Assembly: GCA_041937185.1 (NCBI GenBank)
Contig: CP166621.1
Coordinates: 2,260,571-2,324,570 of the forward strand
Origin: Leptolyngbya sp. BL-A-14
GTDB taxonomy: Bacteria; Cyanobacteriota; Cyanobacteriia; Leptolyngbyales; Leptolyngbyaceae
Direction: 5' to 3'
Length of the DNA stretch: 64,000 nt
In this document: piece by piece, positions 39,216 through 49,608 of the stretch
How positions within the stretch are numbered: position 1 is the first letter of the stretch
Layout of the letters: every line of letters starts with the position of its first letter
Made by a program: the position numbers and the translations under genes
Notes under the pieces: generated by a model
The model's input: only the letters and a program-made list of their open reading frames with translations
What the model was told of the DNA's origin: nothing
Database searches by the model: none

Positions 39216-39412
39216 ATGTTAGAAACGTTCAACTTTAGCCTAAATGATGTTTGCAGCAATGGTGTCCGCAGAGCAGATACTTCCCATCCCAAGAAGCTCT
39301 GCGGATCTTATAGCTGTCTTCCTTTGCATCCACCACACCCTATACCCTTTAACCGGATTCACGAGGCTGTAGCTTACCTGACTGATCGCCGCTGAAGGTT
39401 GTGGGTTCGGCA

Positions 39413-40171
39413 TCACTCAGCCAGCAACCAGCGCCAGATTTCGGGGAGTCGTCGTTGCCAGGAGGTTTCGTAGTGTGATTCGCCGTTGCCGAGCAAAAAG
39501 TGGACTTCGTGATCTTTGTAGCCCAGCCCTTTGAGGTGATTGTAGAAATTTTGCGTGATGGGAACATAGTCAAGCCAAACGCCATAGAACGAGTACTGCT
39601 CCTGGCTTCCCACATACAGATAGATTTTTGACCAGACATTTTCATGACGATCCCAGAACTTAAACATCCGATCGCCACCCCACATTAATGCAGGCGAAAG
39701 TCCACCAATGCGACCTACCGTCTGAGCGTACTTTTTGCCGATGTAAAGGGACATCAACCCGCCCATACTGGAACCCATCACGCCTGTCCACTGGGGCTGT
39801 GGGAGCGTGCGGTAAGTTTTATCGACGTAGGGTTTAAGCTGCTTCACCAAAAACTGAGCGCACAAGTCGCCCCGTCCACCCATCCAGGGAGAGTATTCAA
39901 TCATGCGATCGCGCGTACTGTCGATCGCCACAATAATCCAGGGACGCACGCTCCCTTCTTTCACCAGCGCTTCCATCGTTGTGTTGGCGCACCAGGTATC
40001 GAACATGGCGGATTCAGGATGGGAAAACACATTCTGCCCATCAAACATGTACAAGACGGGAAACGATTGATTGGGTTGCTGGGCATACGCATCCGGCGTA
40101 AAGATGCGAATGGTGCGCGTCATCTGCTCAGCATCAGAATGGAAGTCACGGATAATTTGGATAGTGCCCAT
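39413..40171 (-). CDS. Alpha/beta-hydrolase esterase (putative esterase family)
   Basis: FPVLYMFDGQNVF...WIIVAIDS...GVMGSSMGGLMSL has a GxSxG nucleophile elbow and the layout of the esterase D / putative esterase family. Confidence 0.75.
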   Translation of the reverse strand: MGTIQIIRDFHSDAEQMTRTIRIFTPDAYAQQPNQSFPVLYMFDGQNVFSHPESAMFDTWCANTTMEALVKEGSVRPWIIVAIDSTRDRMIEYSPWMGGRGDLCAQFLVKQLKPYVDKTYRTLPQPQWTGVMGSSMGGLMSLYIGKKYAQTVGRIGGLSPALMWGGDRMFKFWDRHENVWSKIYLYVGSQEQYSFYGVWLDYVPITQNFYNHLKGLGYKDHEVHFLLGNGESHYETSWQRRLPEIWRWLLAE

Positions 40172-40375
40172 AGTTGAGTGAGGAAGGGTAAACGACGTGT
40201 AGTTGGGGGCTTAAAAAACGCATCTCTGCATCAAACCGTTGATGAATACACAGCCAGCGATCGCCATTCCTAACAGAGCGTGGAGAAAATTTAGAGTACA
40301 GAGAAAAATCGCTTGCAGAGAGATGGTTCCACCCCGCTAAGCTGAGTTTAATGATGAAAGCTTTGCCACCAAACT

Positions 40376-40651
40376 ATGGAACTAATTCGCGCACACGTAT
40401 GGATTTCGGGACGGGTTCAGGGCGTTGCCTACCGCATGACTACAGCGAAGATTGCCACACATCTGGGCTTAAAGGGCTGGGTGCGAAACTTGCCCGATGG
40501 ACGAGTAGAGGCCGTGTTTGAAGGCGATGAAGCGTCGATCGAATCCATGCTGCACTGGTGTCACGAGGGACCGTTAGAGGCGATCGTGGAGCAAGTCAAA
40601 GCCTCCTACGAACCGCCAGAGGGATTGCAGTCATTCAACATTCGGCGTTAA
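40376..40651 (+). CDS. acyP: Acylphosphatase
   Basis: VWISGRVQGVAYR...GLKGWVRNLPDGRVEAVFEG is a classical acylphosphatase signature; 91 aa. Confidence 0.9.
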   Translation: MELIRAHVWISGRVQGVAYRMTTAKIATHLGLKGWVRNLPDGRVEAVFEGDEASIESMLHWCHEGPLEAIVEQVKASYEPPEGLQSFNIRR

Positions 40652-40654
40652 TTG

Positions 40655-40730
40655 GGAAGGGAGGACGGAGAAAGGCTAAAGGATGAAGGCTAAAGGCTAA
40701 AAAGCTGATGGTTGACTGCTTTCTTTCAAC
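40655..40730. repeat. AAGGCTA heptamer array
   Basis: gaaaggctaaaggatgaaggctaaaggctaaaaagc. Confidence 0.75.
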
Positions 40731-40800
40731 TTAAAACTCTCTAGCTTGTCGGCGCATTAACGAAGTGGCTCCTTCGGAGCTAGTGCTACTCAAAACTCCC
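40731..40800 (-). repeat. Dispersed ~70-bp element, copy C (reverse orientation)
   Basis: ttaaaactctctagcttgtcggcgcattaacgaagtggctccttcggagctagtgctactcaaaactc is the reverse complement of copy B1. Confidence 0.7.
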
Positions 40801-40857
40801 AGGCTGATCGCTGGTATTCGACACAAGCTTTTACGGATGCAGTCTTCTGTCTAATGC

Positions 40858-41916
40858 TTAATGCGTTAGTTGCAAGGGTGTGGCAACCTGCTGGAGTTCG
40901 CGTAGTTTTTGTAGTACCAACCCTTCGGTCAGCAAGCGCTGAGCTTCTTGAATGCCTGCTTCGAGCGATCGACAGCTACCACAGCGCCACAGGTAGAAAC
41001 CACCGCTCCAGAGGGTCGATTGCATCAACTCGGAGGGCTGCCCTTTCAAAACGGTGTACATGGCTTCGACGAGCGTTGGGGTTGCGTCTAAGGGAACGTT
41101 TTTGCCTTCAAAGCCGTAGTCACGTGGATGCAGGTGTAGGCGTTCAAAGCCGATCGCAGGTGCGCCCAAGCCAATGATGGCTGTTCGTTCTCTGGGCAAA
41201 TCGCTACTCCCTTCCAACCCTTTCACGCTGGTGAATTGAGAAAGACCTCGTAGCGCGATCGCCTCTTGAAACATCAGTTCAGTTGGCGGATGCACGAAGC
41301 CAGAAACAAGATGCGTCTCACCGGCATAGGGCGACCAGATTAGTTCCATCGTGGCGAATGGTGGCCGTTTACCAATTTGCTCGCGGAAGGGCACCAAGCC
41401 TTGCGCCAGGGGAAAGTGGGTCGGCAAATAAATAAAGCCCAGACCCGTCGCTTCTAAGACGTGCTGCACTTGCGCAACTGCGAGTTTGCCCCAATCCACA
41501 CCCAGTTCTCGCCAATAATTAATAAGCGGTTCACCCTCTTTCGTTGGCATACGATCGCCGCCATGCATGATTACCGGGCACTGAGCCGTTGCCAGAATTA
41601 AGGCAATCAATGGACTCAAGGGAGCGGTGCGCGATCGGCCATCGTACGGTATCCCCATGACCGTCACGGGATGGGCAGCGGCGATCGGTTGCAGGCGTGG
41701 ACCCAGTTCTTCATAGGCATCCAGCATGCCTGCCAGTTCGGTGCCTGTGGGTCGCCGAATACGATGGGCAATCATAAACGCGCCAATTTGAGCCGGGGTT
41801 GCCTCCTGTAGCAACATCATCCGCGTTGCCGCTGCCGCTTCCTCACGGGTCAAAGATTCACTGGTGTGCGTGCCGCTACCCACTTTACGAAGTAGTTCTC
41901 TAAAAGCATGACTCAT
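40858..41916 (-). CDS. Anthranilate phosphoribosyltransferase-family (glycosyltransferase family 3, TrpD-like) protein
   Basis: The internal Met MSHAFRELL was chosen as the start. The Gly-rich region and overall length fit the TrpD fold family, but canonical TrpD motifs are not all present, so it may be a TrpD2/YbiB-like paralogue. Confidence 0.5.
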   Translation of the reverse strand: MSHAFRELLRKVGSGTHTSESLTREEAAAATRMMLLQEATPAQIGAFMIAHRIRRPTGTELAGMLDAYEELGPRLQPIAAAHPVTVMGIPYDGRSRTAPLSPLIALILATAQCPVIMHGGDRMPTKEGEPLINYWRELGVDWGKLAVAQVQHVLEATGLGFIYLPTHFPLAQGLVPFREQIGKRPPFATMELIWSPYAGETHLVSGFVHPPTELMFQEAIALRGLSQFTSVKGLEGSSDLPRERTAIIGLGAPAIGFERLHLHPRDYGFEGKNVPLDATPTLVEAMYTVLKGQPSELMQSTLWSGGFYLWRCGSCRSLEAGIQEAQRLLTEGLVLQKLRELQQVATPLQLTH

Positions 41917-41956
41917 AGTATTTACCCATAGCAGCAGAAGCGACCAAAAAACGCCC

Positions 41957-42931
41957 TTATTCGGCGGCTGCGACCGACAGTGGTAGTTTGATTTGGGGTG
42001 GCAACAAAGCGGCCACAAGGTTGAAAAAATGCTGAATCGGCGGAATTTGCAGGCGATCGCGAGTTGTTACCAGCACCACCTGTCGGGTAAACGGCGGATC
42101 GGCCAGGGAATCGGTTAACCCACCCTGCTTGCCCTCGAAACAAGGAGCCAGCGATCGCACCGCTAACGTAGGGTCAGCATATGCTTCAACCAGCGCCGTT
42201 TCGGGCAACAGTGCAATGAGTTCACCCTGCCGCACCACGCCTCGAAAAGCATCCGGTGTGTTTAGCTCCAGCACCGCTCGTAACGTTGCGCCCCGCCGTT
42301 CAAACTGCTCTTGCACCAAGCGCTGCATGCCATACCCATCCTTAAACACCACTTGAGGATAGGTCACCAAAGCCTCCCAGGGTACGATTTCATAAGCGGC
42401 CAGGGGATGGTTTGCTGCCAACAAGACCTTAATGGGCTCATCGTACAGTACCTGTACCACCATTTCTGGGTTCGTCATTAAAAATCGATTGTGCATCACG
42501 ATCGCGAGATCGACCAGCCCATCTTTCAGGACTTTCAGGGAGCGATCGCTGCCCAAGGCCGTCACTCGCAGTTGCACATCAGGATAGTCGCGGCAAAACT
42601 GCTGCAACACGGGCGGCAAATGGTAGGCACAAATGGAATGAATCGCCGCAACGCACAGTTCGGGCTGCTTACCCGCCAATAAATCATCCAGATCCTGAAT
42701 CGCGTTGAGCCATTCCTGGCAAATCTTTTTGGCACGAGGGAGAAAACGATCGCCCGCGATCGTCAGTTTTGCCTGAGTCGTGCGGTGAAACAGGGGAATT
42801 TTCAACGCCGTTTCTAAGCTTTGAATTTGGCGACTGATTGCCGATTGAGTCACACCACAGCGCTGAGCAGCTTGCTGAAAGCTACCCGTCTCTGCCACCG
42901 CGAGAAACGCTTGCAACTGCTCTAAACGCAT
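41957..42931 (-). CDS. LysR-family transcriptional regulator
   Basis: MRLEQLQAFLAVAETGSFQQAAQRCGVTQSAISRQIQSLE is a canonical LysR HTH, followed by a substrate-binding domain. Confidence 0.9.
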   Translation of the reverse strand: MRLEQLQAFLAVAETGSFQQAAQRCGVTQSAISRQIQSLETALKIPLFHRTTQAKLTIAGDRFLPRAKKICQEWLNAIQDLDDLLAGKQPELCVAAIHSICAYHLPPVLQQFCRDYPDVQLRVTALGSDRSLKVLKDGLVDLAIVMHNRFLMTNPEMVVQVLYDEPIKVLLAANHPLAAYEIVPWEALVTYPQVVFKDGYGMQRLVQEQFERRGATLRAVLELNTPDAFRGVVRQGELIALLPETALVEAYADPTLAVRSLAPCFEGKQGGLTDSLADPPFTRQVVLVTTRDRLQIPPIQHFFNLVAALLPPQIKLPLSVAAAE

Positions 42932-43165
42932 GAAGGAGGACGCAAAAAGGAGAAAATGTAGTCACGGTCACAACCGCAACCTCCAGTGACCTTAACGGAT
43001 TTGCCCAACCAGTTCGGTAGAGCTTGATACAGCCAACAGGTTCAATGCTCAATAAAAAGCCCCGCCAAAGGCAGGGCAAGGGCTGAGGACTTGACCTCGA
43101 TTCACTGTCGGCAAGCGGCATCAGCCATAAGCCGGGCTGCGATGGCCGGTCTAGCGCCCGAAGCT

Positions 43166-44005
43166 CTAGCGGAAATTCCCAGGATTTAGTCGCTTAGGGG
43201 TCGATCGGATGACTGAGGCACGACCTAACTGTTCACCTGTGCCGCCGTCACGACGATCGAGGAAAGGACGCAGGTTAATGCCATCGGACCCACTCGTCGA
43301 TCCGCCAATATTAGACAGTCCACCGATCGCCCGTCCAATTTGATCCACGATGCTATTACCGCCGCCACCCGTATAAGTGTTGACGCCTTGCGTTTGCTGC
43401 CCACTGTCAGCAACGGTCAGATTTTGGAAGACGCGATCGCGGGTCGACGTGGGGTCTTGTCCATTCGGCACCGTTAACACAATCCGGCAGTTTGAAACCC
43501 GCTCTGTTGTGACGCAAACGGTGTTGTAGCCATTCTCCATACCTGTTTTCATTTCCAGTAAGCCATCCGGTCGATAGGACTCTAGACGGCGGCTAATTTC
43601 GTTACAGCGACGAGTGGCATCCCAACCACCACCCATGTTGCTGGGAACAGCCCAGGGGTAAGACTGGGATGGTTGGCTTTCGGGATGGTACATGACGGTA
43701 TACTGGCCGTTGACCATCTCACAGGTAAAGCGAGTACCAGACGCTGTTCTTGTCGTGGTACCAGATGGATTAGTTGTGGAAGGGGTGGTGGTTGAGCCTG
43801 ATCGTTGGGGCTCAGGATTGACAATGACATCGCCCGAATTCGTCGTGCTTTGAGCAACCTGAAGTGGTGATGCCGTTGGTACAAACGTCGGGGCCGCGAT
43901 CGCACTACCACTGCCCAGCACTAACAGAGCACCTAGCGATAAGCCCAAGCCACTAAACCGTGAAGCCGAATGCCCCAACCCTGTGTTTAACCTCGGTAAC
44001 GACAT
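43166..44005 (-). CDS. COP23-family (circadian oscillating protein) secreted protein
   Basis: The internal start MSLPRLNTGL is followed by a signal peptide and an S/T-rich linker. The C-terminal domain has four Cys and the CNEISRRLESYRPDGL motif recalled from COP23. Confidence 0.55.
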   Translation of the reverse strand: MSLPRLNTGLGHSASRFSGLGLSLGALLVLGSGSAIAAPTFVPTASPLQVAQSTTNSGDVIVNPEPQRSGSTTTPSTTNPSGTTTRTASGTRFTCEMVNGQYTVMYHPESQPSQSYPWAVPSNMGGGWDATRRCNEISRRLESYRPDGLLEMKTGMENGYNTVCVTTERVSNCRIVLTVPNGQDPTSTRDRVFQNLTVADSGQQTQGVNTYTGGGGNSIVDQIGRAIGGLSNIGGSTSGSDGINLRPFLDRRDGGTGEQLGRASVIRSTPKRLNPGNFR

Positions 44006-44544
44006 AGCAAAAACCTCAAAAATACGGTGGTAACTGAAGCGGTGATCAAAACCAGGCATCCTTCTCTAGTAAAGTCTGCCCTTAGCAGTGTCGAGAAAGA
44101 AGCAGTGTCGGAAAAAGGTGAATCCCAGGGGACTTTTGGGCAGCATCGCAAAACTTCTGTCCCAACGCATCGTTCCAAGGATGCAACGACAGAGCTTGCT
44201 ACAAAACAGAGCCTGTTATAAAACAAAGCCTGCTACCAACGGATACGCGATAGGCAAAACCATGCCAACCTTCTTTATACTGACTCCTTTGTAAGGCTCA
44301 AAGTTCCCTCAATGCATCTGGTTCTTAGCCTCAGCCATACTTCTTTACACGTTGTTGGCCACTAGCGTTGCTTGTCTGTGAGCCCCGATCGCAGGAATGT
44401 AACAGCAGCTCGATCAGGAATGACATAATCTCAAGTACGATCGTGACGAGATTCCGATTAGCGGAGCTCATTTCACAAAACTTTATTTCCAAACGATAGG
44501 TATCGTATACTACGCGTTGGTGGTTAGAAGGAGCAGAACTGTAA

Positions 44545-45570
44545 ATGTCGGAGGCAGTAAAGCCCCTGACGGTGCCCAAGGAGTTGCTGGGTCCGCCTGG
44601 TAGTTTCAACATAACTCTACTGATGTTTCTAGGATCAGTAGTGCTGGCATCGGTATCTACTTTGGGTTACTTTTGTTGGCATTGGCATCACTGGTGCAGC
44701 TTTTTGCTTAACTTTGTGGCGCTGCATATCGTGGGTACGGTGATTCATGATGCCTGCCACAATGTAGCGCATCGCAATCGGGTTCTCAATGCAGTTCTGG
44801 GGCATGCTAGTGCCCTAATGCTGTGCTTTTCGTTTCCCGTCTTTACGCGGGTACACATGCAGCATCACGCCCATGTCAATGATCCGCATAACGATCCTGA
44901 CCATGTGGTGTCGACAGCGGGGCCGTTATGGATTATCAATGCTCGCTTTCTGTATCACGAGGTTTATTTTTTCAAGCGCAAGCTATGGCGCAAATTTGAA
45001 CTATGGGAATGGGTCGCAGCTCGGCTTGTGCTAGCGGCGATCGTGTTTTCTGCATTCCACTTTGGCTTTACAGACTATGTTTTTAACTACTGGTTTGTGC
45101 CGCTTGCGTTTGTTGGCCTGGCGTTAGGGCTGTTTTTTGATTACTTGCCGCATCGCCCGTTTGATGAACGCAACCGCTGGAAAAATGCCAGAGTGTACCC
45201 CAGTAAGATACTCAATCTGTTGATTATGGGGCAGAACTACCATCTGGTGCATCATCTGTGGCCTTCGATCCCCTGGTATAACTATCAGCCTGCTTATTTT
45301 GCGACTAAGCCTCTACTGGATGCGAAGGGCTCACACCAGTCGCTTGGTATTCTCCAAACGCCAAAAGATTTGTTGGGCTTCCTTTACGATGTGGTCTTAG
45401 GTATTCGCTTTCATAAGCCCCAGCAACCAGTCGTTAAACCGACTTGGGAAAATGCGAACGATCTGGCCGTGGGTCGATCGGAGGAGACGGGAGAGGCTGA
45501 CCTTGTGGAGCCACTAGCCGAACTTGTAGAGCCATTGCTGGTGAGCCGTTCTACCTCATCATCCTTGTAG
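44545..45570 (+). CDS. Membrane fatty-acid-desaturase-family di-iron enzyme (His boxes HDACHN, HMQHHAH, HLVHH); possibly a carotenoid hydroxylase/ketolase-type enzyme
   Basis: Three His boxes in the arrangement typical of membrane desaturases/hydroxylases, with several TM helices. Confidence 0.6.
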   Translation: MSEAVKPLTVPKELLGPPGSFNITLLMFLGSVVLASVSTLGYFCWHWHHWCSFLLNFVALHIVGTVIHDACHNVAHRNRVLNAVLGHASALMLCFSFPVFTRVHMQHHAHVNDPHNDPDHVVSTAGPLWIINARFLYHEVYFFKRKLWRKFELWEWVAARLVLAAIVFSAFHFGFTDYVFNYWFVPLAFVGLALGLFFDYLPHRPFDERNRWKNARVYPSKILNLLIMGQNYHLVHHLWPSIPWYNYQPAYFATKPLLDAKGSHQSLGILQTPKDLLGFLYDVVLGIRFHKPQQPVVKPTWENANDLAVGRSEETGEADLVEPLAELVEPLLVSRSTSSSL

Positions 45571-45740
45571 GTTTTCGAACGTAGTTTTCAGAATTGCGTT
45601 CTCCATAACCCACTTGCTTCCGTGGGCGGATAGGTTCCGATCGAGATATCTATCTGGGTAGAGATACATCAACTCGGTGCTTCCTCAATAATGAATGCAT
45701 AGCAAGACCGTTAGCTCTTGGTAAATTTGAGGAAAAAACT

Positions 45741-46121
45741 ATGGTTGGAAATCTTTTAACCTTACTCGCTACGGCACTTAGTCTGCTGGTCGTTGATTTA
45801 GCAGTGCCTGGAGTTGATATCGCTACATTCCCAGCCGCGCTCATCGCTGCCATTTCGATCGGGCTGGTTAACGCGTTTGTTAAACCCGTATTGTCTCTTC
45901 TGTCCTTACCGCTCAACTTTCTGACGCTGGGTCTGTTTTCCCTAGTGGTGAATGGCTTTTGCTTTTGGTTAGCATCCGTCCTGGTGCCGGGCTTCCGGGT
46001 TGATGGGTTGTTGGCCTTCCTTTTAGGTCCAGTCATTCTGTCGCTGGTCAGCACATTCCTGAATAAGTACTTTGCCGAGCGGAACGTTGGCACACTGCCC
46101 GAAGCCAGACCTGAAGTTTAA
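45741..46121 (+). CDS. Phage-holin-4-family (YqxA/YvlD-like) small membrane protein
   Basis: 126 aa with four TM helices; LAVPGV...LVNAFVKPVL..LS.P pattern. Confidence 0.55.
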   Translation: MVGNLLTLLATALSLLVVDLAVPGVDIATFPAALIAAISIGLVNAFVKPVLSLLSLPLNFLTLGLFSLVVNGFCFWLASVLVPGFRVDGLLAFLLGPVILSLVSTFLNKYFAERNVGTLPEARPEV

Positions 46122-46175
46122 GCGCTTTAAATTTCATTAAGGGGGGTGCGTTCGTGGCTTACCCCTCATAGCAAA

Positions 46176-46216
46176 AGCGAGGTAGGAAACACTTTAAGTG
46201 ACTCCTGCCTCGCTTT
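46176..46216. terminator. Candidate bidirectional stem-loop terminator between convergent genes
   Basis: gcgaggtagg...cctgcctcgc forms a 10-bp stem with one G-U pair, followed by tttgtctg. Confidence 0.3.
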
Positions 46217-46328
46217 GTCTGTGCCTGTTTGTACGAGTCTATTTGTAGAGGCTGTCCTTGCAAAGCGGGCTGCAATGCCAGTAGCGCTAAAACGCTCATC
46301 ACGTTAAAGCTCTTTAAGGCAAAGCGGT

Positions 46329-46751
46329 TTAGGTCGTAGACTTTGCGATGAGCGCGGCTTGAGCCATGGTCCAATCGGGGCGAAGACTTTGGGCATGGCG
46401 CAGATAAGGGTGATAAATCTCGATATCAGGATTGGCTGTATTGAAGTGGATGAGAAAGCGGATGCATCGCTCCAAACTTCCTTCCACATGCATTTGCTGT
46501 ACATCCAGCAACGGGACATTTGACCAGTGAGGCCGTTCCCGCGCGATCGAGGCTGGAAAGGTTGCATCCAAATCACGGGTGGCAGAAAAGGTCGCACTCA
46601 CAATTTCATCTGGATCGAGTTGATTGTAAGCTTCCAACTCATCCAATAATTCATGGACGGCTTCCCGAATCGCTTCAATTGAATTTTCTGAGACTGTTGT
46701 TGCCCCACGCACTGCCCGCACTCTCCAACCCACGCTCAATCCTCCGCGCAC
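46329..46751 (-). CDS. aroH: Chorismate mutase, AroH class
   Basis: VRAVRGATTV is the hallmark N-terminus of AroH-type monofunctional chorismate mutases. Confidence 0.8.
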   Translation of the reverse strand: MRGGLSVGWRVRAVRGATTVSENSIEAIREAVHELLDELEAYNQLDPDEIVSATFSATRDLDATFPASIARERPHWSNVPLLDVQQMHVEGSLERCIRFLIHFNTANPDIEIYHPYLRHAQSLRPDWTMAQAALIAKSTT

Positions 46752-46915
46752 ACTTACTAACGATTTTCTCTGATATTGAAATCTAATGTTGGTTTACTCG
46801 TTGTAAGCAAACCTGACTTCATCATGGCTGATCTTAATCATGGCTGCAAATTGTCAGGATGGCAGCGAGAATGCCAGGTCCTTAGTAAGACTTTGCGATG
46901 ATTCAGTTGGGTGGG

Positions 46916-47764
46916 TCAGGGACGATAAAGCCAAAGCGGCAAGCCGTTGGTCGCAAGCTCAAACTCTAGCCATTGTGCCCCCGTTGCCAATCCGGGTAAC
47001 GCTGTGAGCTGACTAAAAGCGCTTTCATCTCTTGACAGCAGCCGATTGAGAAAGGGTTTGCGCTCTTCTAAGGTGAAGGTGCGGGTTTTCTCAGGGTCTA
47101 GCCCCGCCAGTTCTGCGGCCCAGCGCCGTGCATCTTCTTCTGTACCCAGTCGATCGACCAATCCCAATGCCAACGCCTGCTGTCCGGTAAAGACGCGACC
47201 ATCGGCAAAACTCCGTACAGTTTCGGCTGCTAGCTTGCGCCCATCAGCGACCGTCTGCACAAACTGCTGATAGCTAACGTCAATCAACTCTTGCAGAATT
47301 GTCTTTTCGGGCTCGGTGATTTCGCGATCGAACGCCAGAATATCTTTGTAAGGCCCCGATTTCACCACTTTGAATGAAACGCCAACCTTCTCCAGCAAGC
47401 GCTCCAAGTTATTGCCACGCAGAATAACGCCAATGCTGCCTGTAATCGTACCGGGGTTTGCCACGATGTGTTCTGCACCCATGCCAATGTAAACCCCACC
47501 TGAAGCAGAAATATTGCCGAAGCTCGCAACAATTTTGGTCTTACCGTGCAGCCGCTTCAGCGCTTCATAAATTTCTTGCGAATCGCCTACAGTACCCCCA
47601 GGGCTGTCAATGCGCAGCAAAAGGGCTGGGAAGCGTCGTTCTTCTACCGTTTTAAGTGCTTCCAGAACTCGTTTACGGGTAGCACCGGCGATCGCGCCAT
47701 TAATTTCAATGCGAGCAATTTGTTTTTGAAAGGGAGGCTTAAAAGGCCAGATCATAAGGGGCAA
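46916..47764 (-). CDS. sppA: Signal peptide peptidase SppA (36K type)
   Basis: RIDSPGGTVGDSQEIY...ASGGVYIGMGAEHIVANPGTITGSIGV... shows the S49 peptidase Ser/Lys dyad context. Confidence 0.85.
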   Translation of the reverse strand: MPLMIWPFKPPFQKQIARIEINGAIAGATRKRVLEALKTVEERRFPALLLRIDSPGGTVGDSQEIYEALKRLHGKTKIVASFGNISASGGVYIGMGAEHIVANPGTITGSIGVILRGNNLERLLEKVGVSFKVVKSGPYKDILAFDREITEPEKTILQELIDVSYQQFVQTVADGRKLAAETVRSFADGRVFTGQQALALGLVDRLGTEEDARRWAAELAGLDPEKTRTFTLEERKPFLNRLLSRDESAFSQLTALPGLATGAQWLEFELATNGLPLWLYRP

Positions 47765-47990
47765 ACCGCGATAGGTGAAAACGGCAGGGGCAAATAGCCA
47801 TATCTGGCAGAACGCTCAGTGGTAGCGATCGCCCAGGCTGATATCGCAACGACTCATTGCATCAACACCTGCGTTTATTGATTCTAGACCAGCACTTAGC
47901 CTAGAGACACCGAATTCGAGTCATGCGATCGATCAGAATTGGCCTTAAAGCGGTTGAAATCCGAGTTCAGTGATGACTCCAACACTCCCC

Positions 47991-49259
47991 CTACTTGACC
48001 TGAATCTTTGCCAGGTTTGTGTTCTGGTAGTAATACAACAAAATTTGCTGATAGTTGTAATTTCCTTGCGCCAGGTTGTAAGCGCCCCATTGACTTAGCC
48101 CCAACCCATGCCCAAACCCACGCCCAATGACCTGGAACATGGTAGGAGAGGTCTGTGCTTTATCTTTGCTGGCCTCCAGCACAGGCTGAGCAACGATGTT
48201 AAAGAGCGTACTTTTAAGGTTCAGCGCGCTTTGGAGGGCTTCACCACTGATGGTTTTGCGACCACGATCGCCGACTACTTGCATCGACACAATCCGGCCG
48301 CAGGGCGTGGTTGATATGGGTTGGAAGGATACAATATTGCCCACTCCACCAATACGTTTGCTTAGTTCAGTCCGAGGAACATCAATCTCCCATTGGGCAA
48401 CGGGTGAAACTTCAGTAAAGCCTTCCCGAACTGATTTCAAGTAAGGCATTGGCTTAGACCAAACATTCTCGGAATTTTCGGTGCAGCCACCCGCCGAAGA
48501 GTGGAAGACTGCTTCAACAATCTGTCCACCAGAGATTAATACCTGTTCAGCCGTAGCGTTCACGGCCATCTGCGTGCCGACCGATTCATCCTTAATGCCT
48601 CTATATACCTGGGAAGCCGTTGTATCGACAACATCGTAAAGTCCATTACGGGCGTGTTGACGGTGATAGAGCGCATAGGAGCGAGCCGCAACGGCCTGTG
48701 CCTTAAGTGCTTCCTGGGGCCAGTTGCCATTCATTTCGCCGCCCAGCACGCTGTAAAGATACTGCTCTAGGTCGACATAATTAACGGCAGTCAAGCCGCT
48801 TTTGCTGGGAGCAACCAGTGTCCGTCCGCGATACCAATTTTCGCCAATGTAAACGTAGCCACCGTCCGTTGGCTCGACCCAGATCAGCCCAGACTGCCAG
48901 CGATCGAGGCTGACGTTGCCTTGCTTAGGCTGGGCGATAAAGGCATTCATCGGTGCGATTTCACCCAGAGGGCGACCACTGCTGTCGCGCACGATCGCTT
49001 TGGTAGAACTGCCAACTGCGACCTGGCTCACACCATCCTTGATCGCCACTCGGAGTTCTAAGGCGGCTTCTGCTGGGCGGCTCATAGCGCTTTCCATTGC
49101 TGAAAACGCGGCCATACAAACTAGAATGCCGAACCACCAAATGCGTCCTGTTTTGTGCGCCAGTGTTCTCGATTGAGAAACTAGCTTCAGTTGAGAAACT
49201 AGCAAATGGGGGAAGCGTTCCAATGACATGTTTAGAAGTCTCCTCACAGGTTTAAGCAC
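47991..49259 (-). CDS. SpoIID/LytB-domain protein
   Basis: ...EQYLYSVLGGEMNGNWPQEALKAQAVAARSYAL... and FHSSAGGCTENSENVW are typical of the SpoIID/LytB amidase-enhancer domain. It has an N-terminal TM/signal segment. Confidence 0.8.
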   Translation of the reverse strand: MLKPVRRLLNMSLERFPHLLVSQLKLVSQSRTLAHKTGRIWWFGILVCMAAFSAMESAMSRPAEAALELRVAIKDGVSQVAVGSSTKAIVRDSSGRPLGEIAPMNAFIAQPKQGNVSLDRWQSGLIWVEPTDGGYVYIGENWYRGRTLVAPSKSGLTAVNYVDLEQYLYSVLGGEMNGNWPQEALKAQAVAARSYALYHRQHARNGLYDVVDTTASQVYRGIKDESVGTQMAVNATAEQVLISGGQIVEAVFHSSAGGCTENSENVWSKPMPYLKSVREGFTEVSPVAQWEIDVPRTELSKRIGGVGNIVSFQPISTTPCGRIVSMQVVGDRGRKTISGEALQSALNLKSTLFNIVAQPVLEASKDKAQTSPTMFQVIGRGFGHGLGLSQWGAYNLAQGNYNYQQILLYYYQNTNLAKIQVK

Positions 49260-49608
49260 TTAAAGGTAGTAGCGTGACAAAGCGATCGCACCCCGATGGC
49301 AGTTCATTGAATTAATGAAGCTGAATAGAGCAGAAGCTGAATAGAGCAACGAGGCCTAATATAAGTCAATTTGCTTTAGATAGAGTCAGCACTCCTGGTG
49401 CAAATGTTCCCTACAGACGCCAGATGTATCAGGGTGAGTGAGGCAACAAGGGCTTTAACCCGTGTATCTGGTGCTTTGATCATTTGTAACGATTATTAAA
49501 TCAGATTTGTGCCTTACTGTCTTGATCCTCACTGCCTTGATCAAGCTCTTAATCTCCTTCGCCTGTGTCAGTATAGGTTCAGGAAAAACTTGTACGGATC
49601 GCTCAGTT

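Noticed and set aside
43987-44612. Several 60-93-aa ORFs in the divergent region between the COP23-like and desaturase genes
   Set aside because: They overlap each other on both strands in a promoter-rich intergenic region and have no protein-like features.
47840-47875. tRNA-like D-arm sequence (cgctcagtggtagcg)
   Set aside because: No matching acceptor stem, anticodon stem or T-arm (GTTCRANYC) could be found around it. It is probably a chance resemblance in the sppA upstream region.
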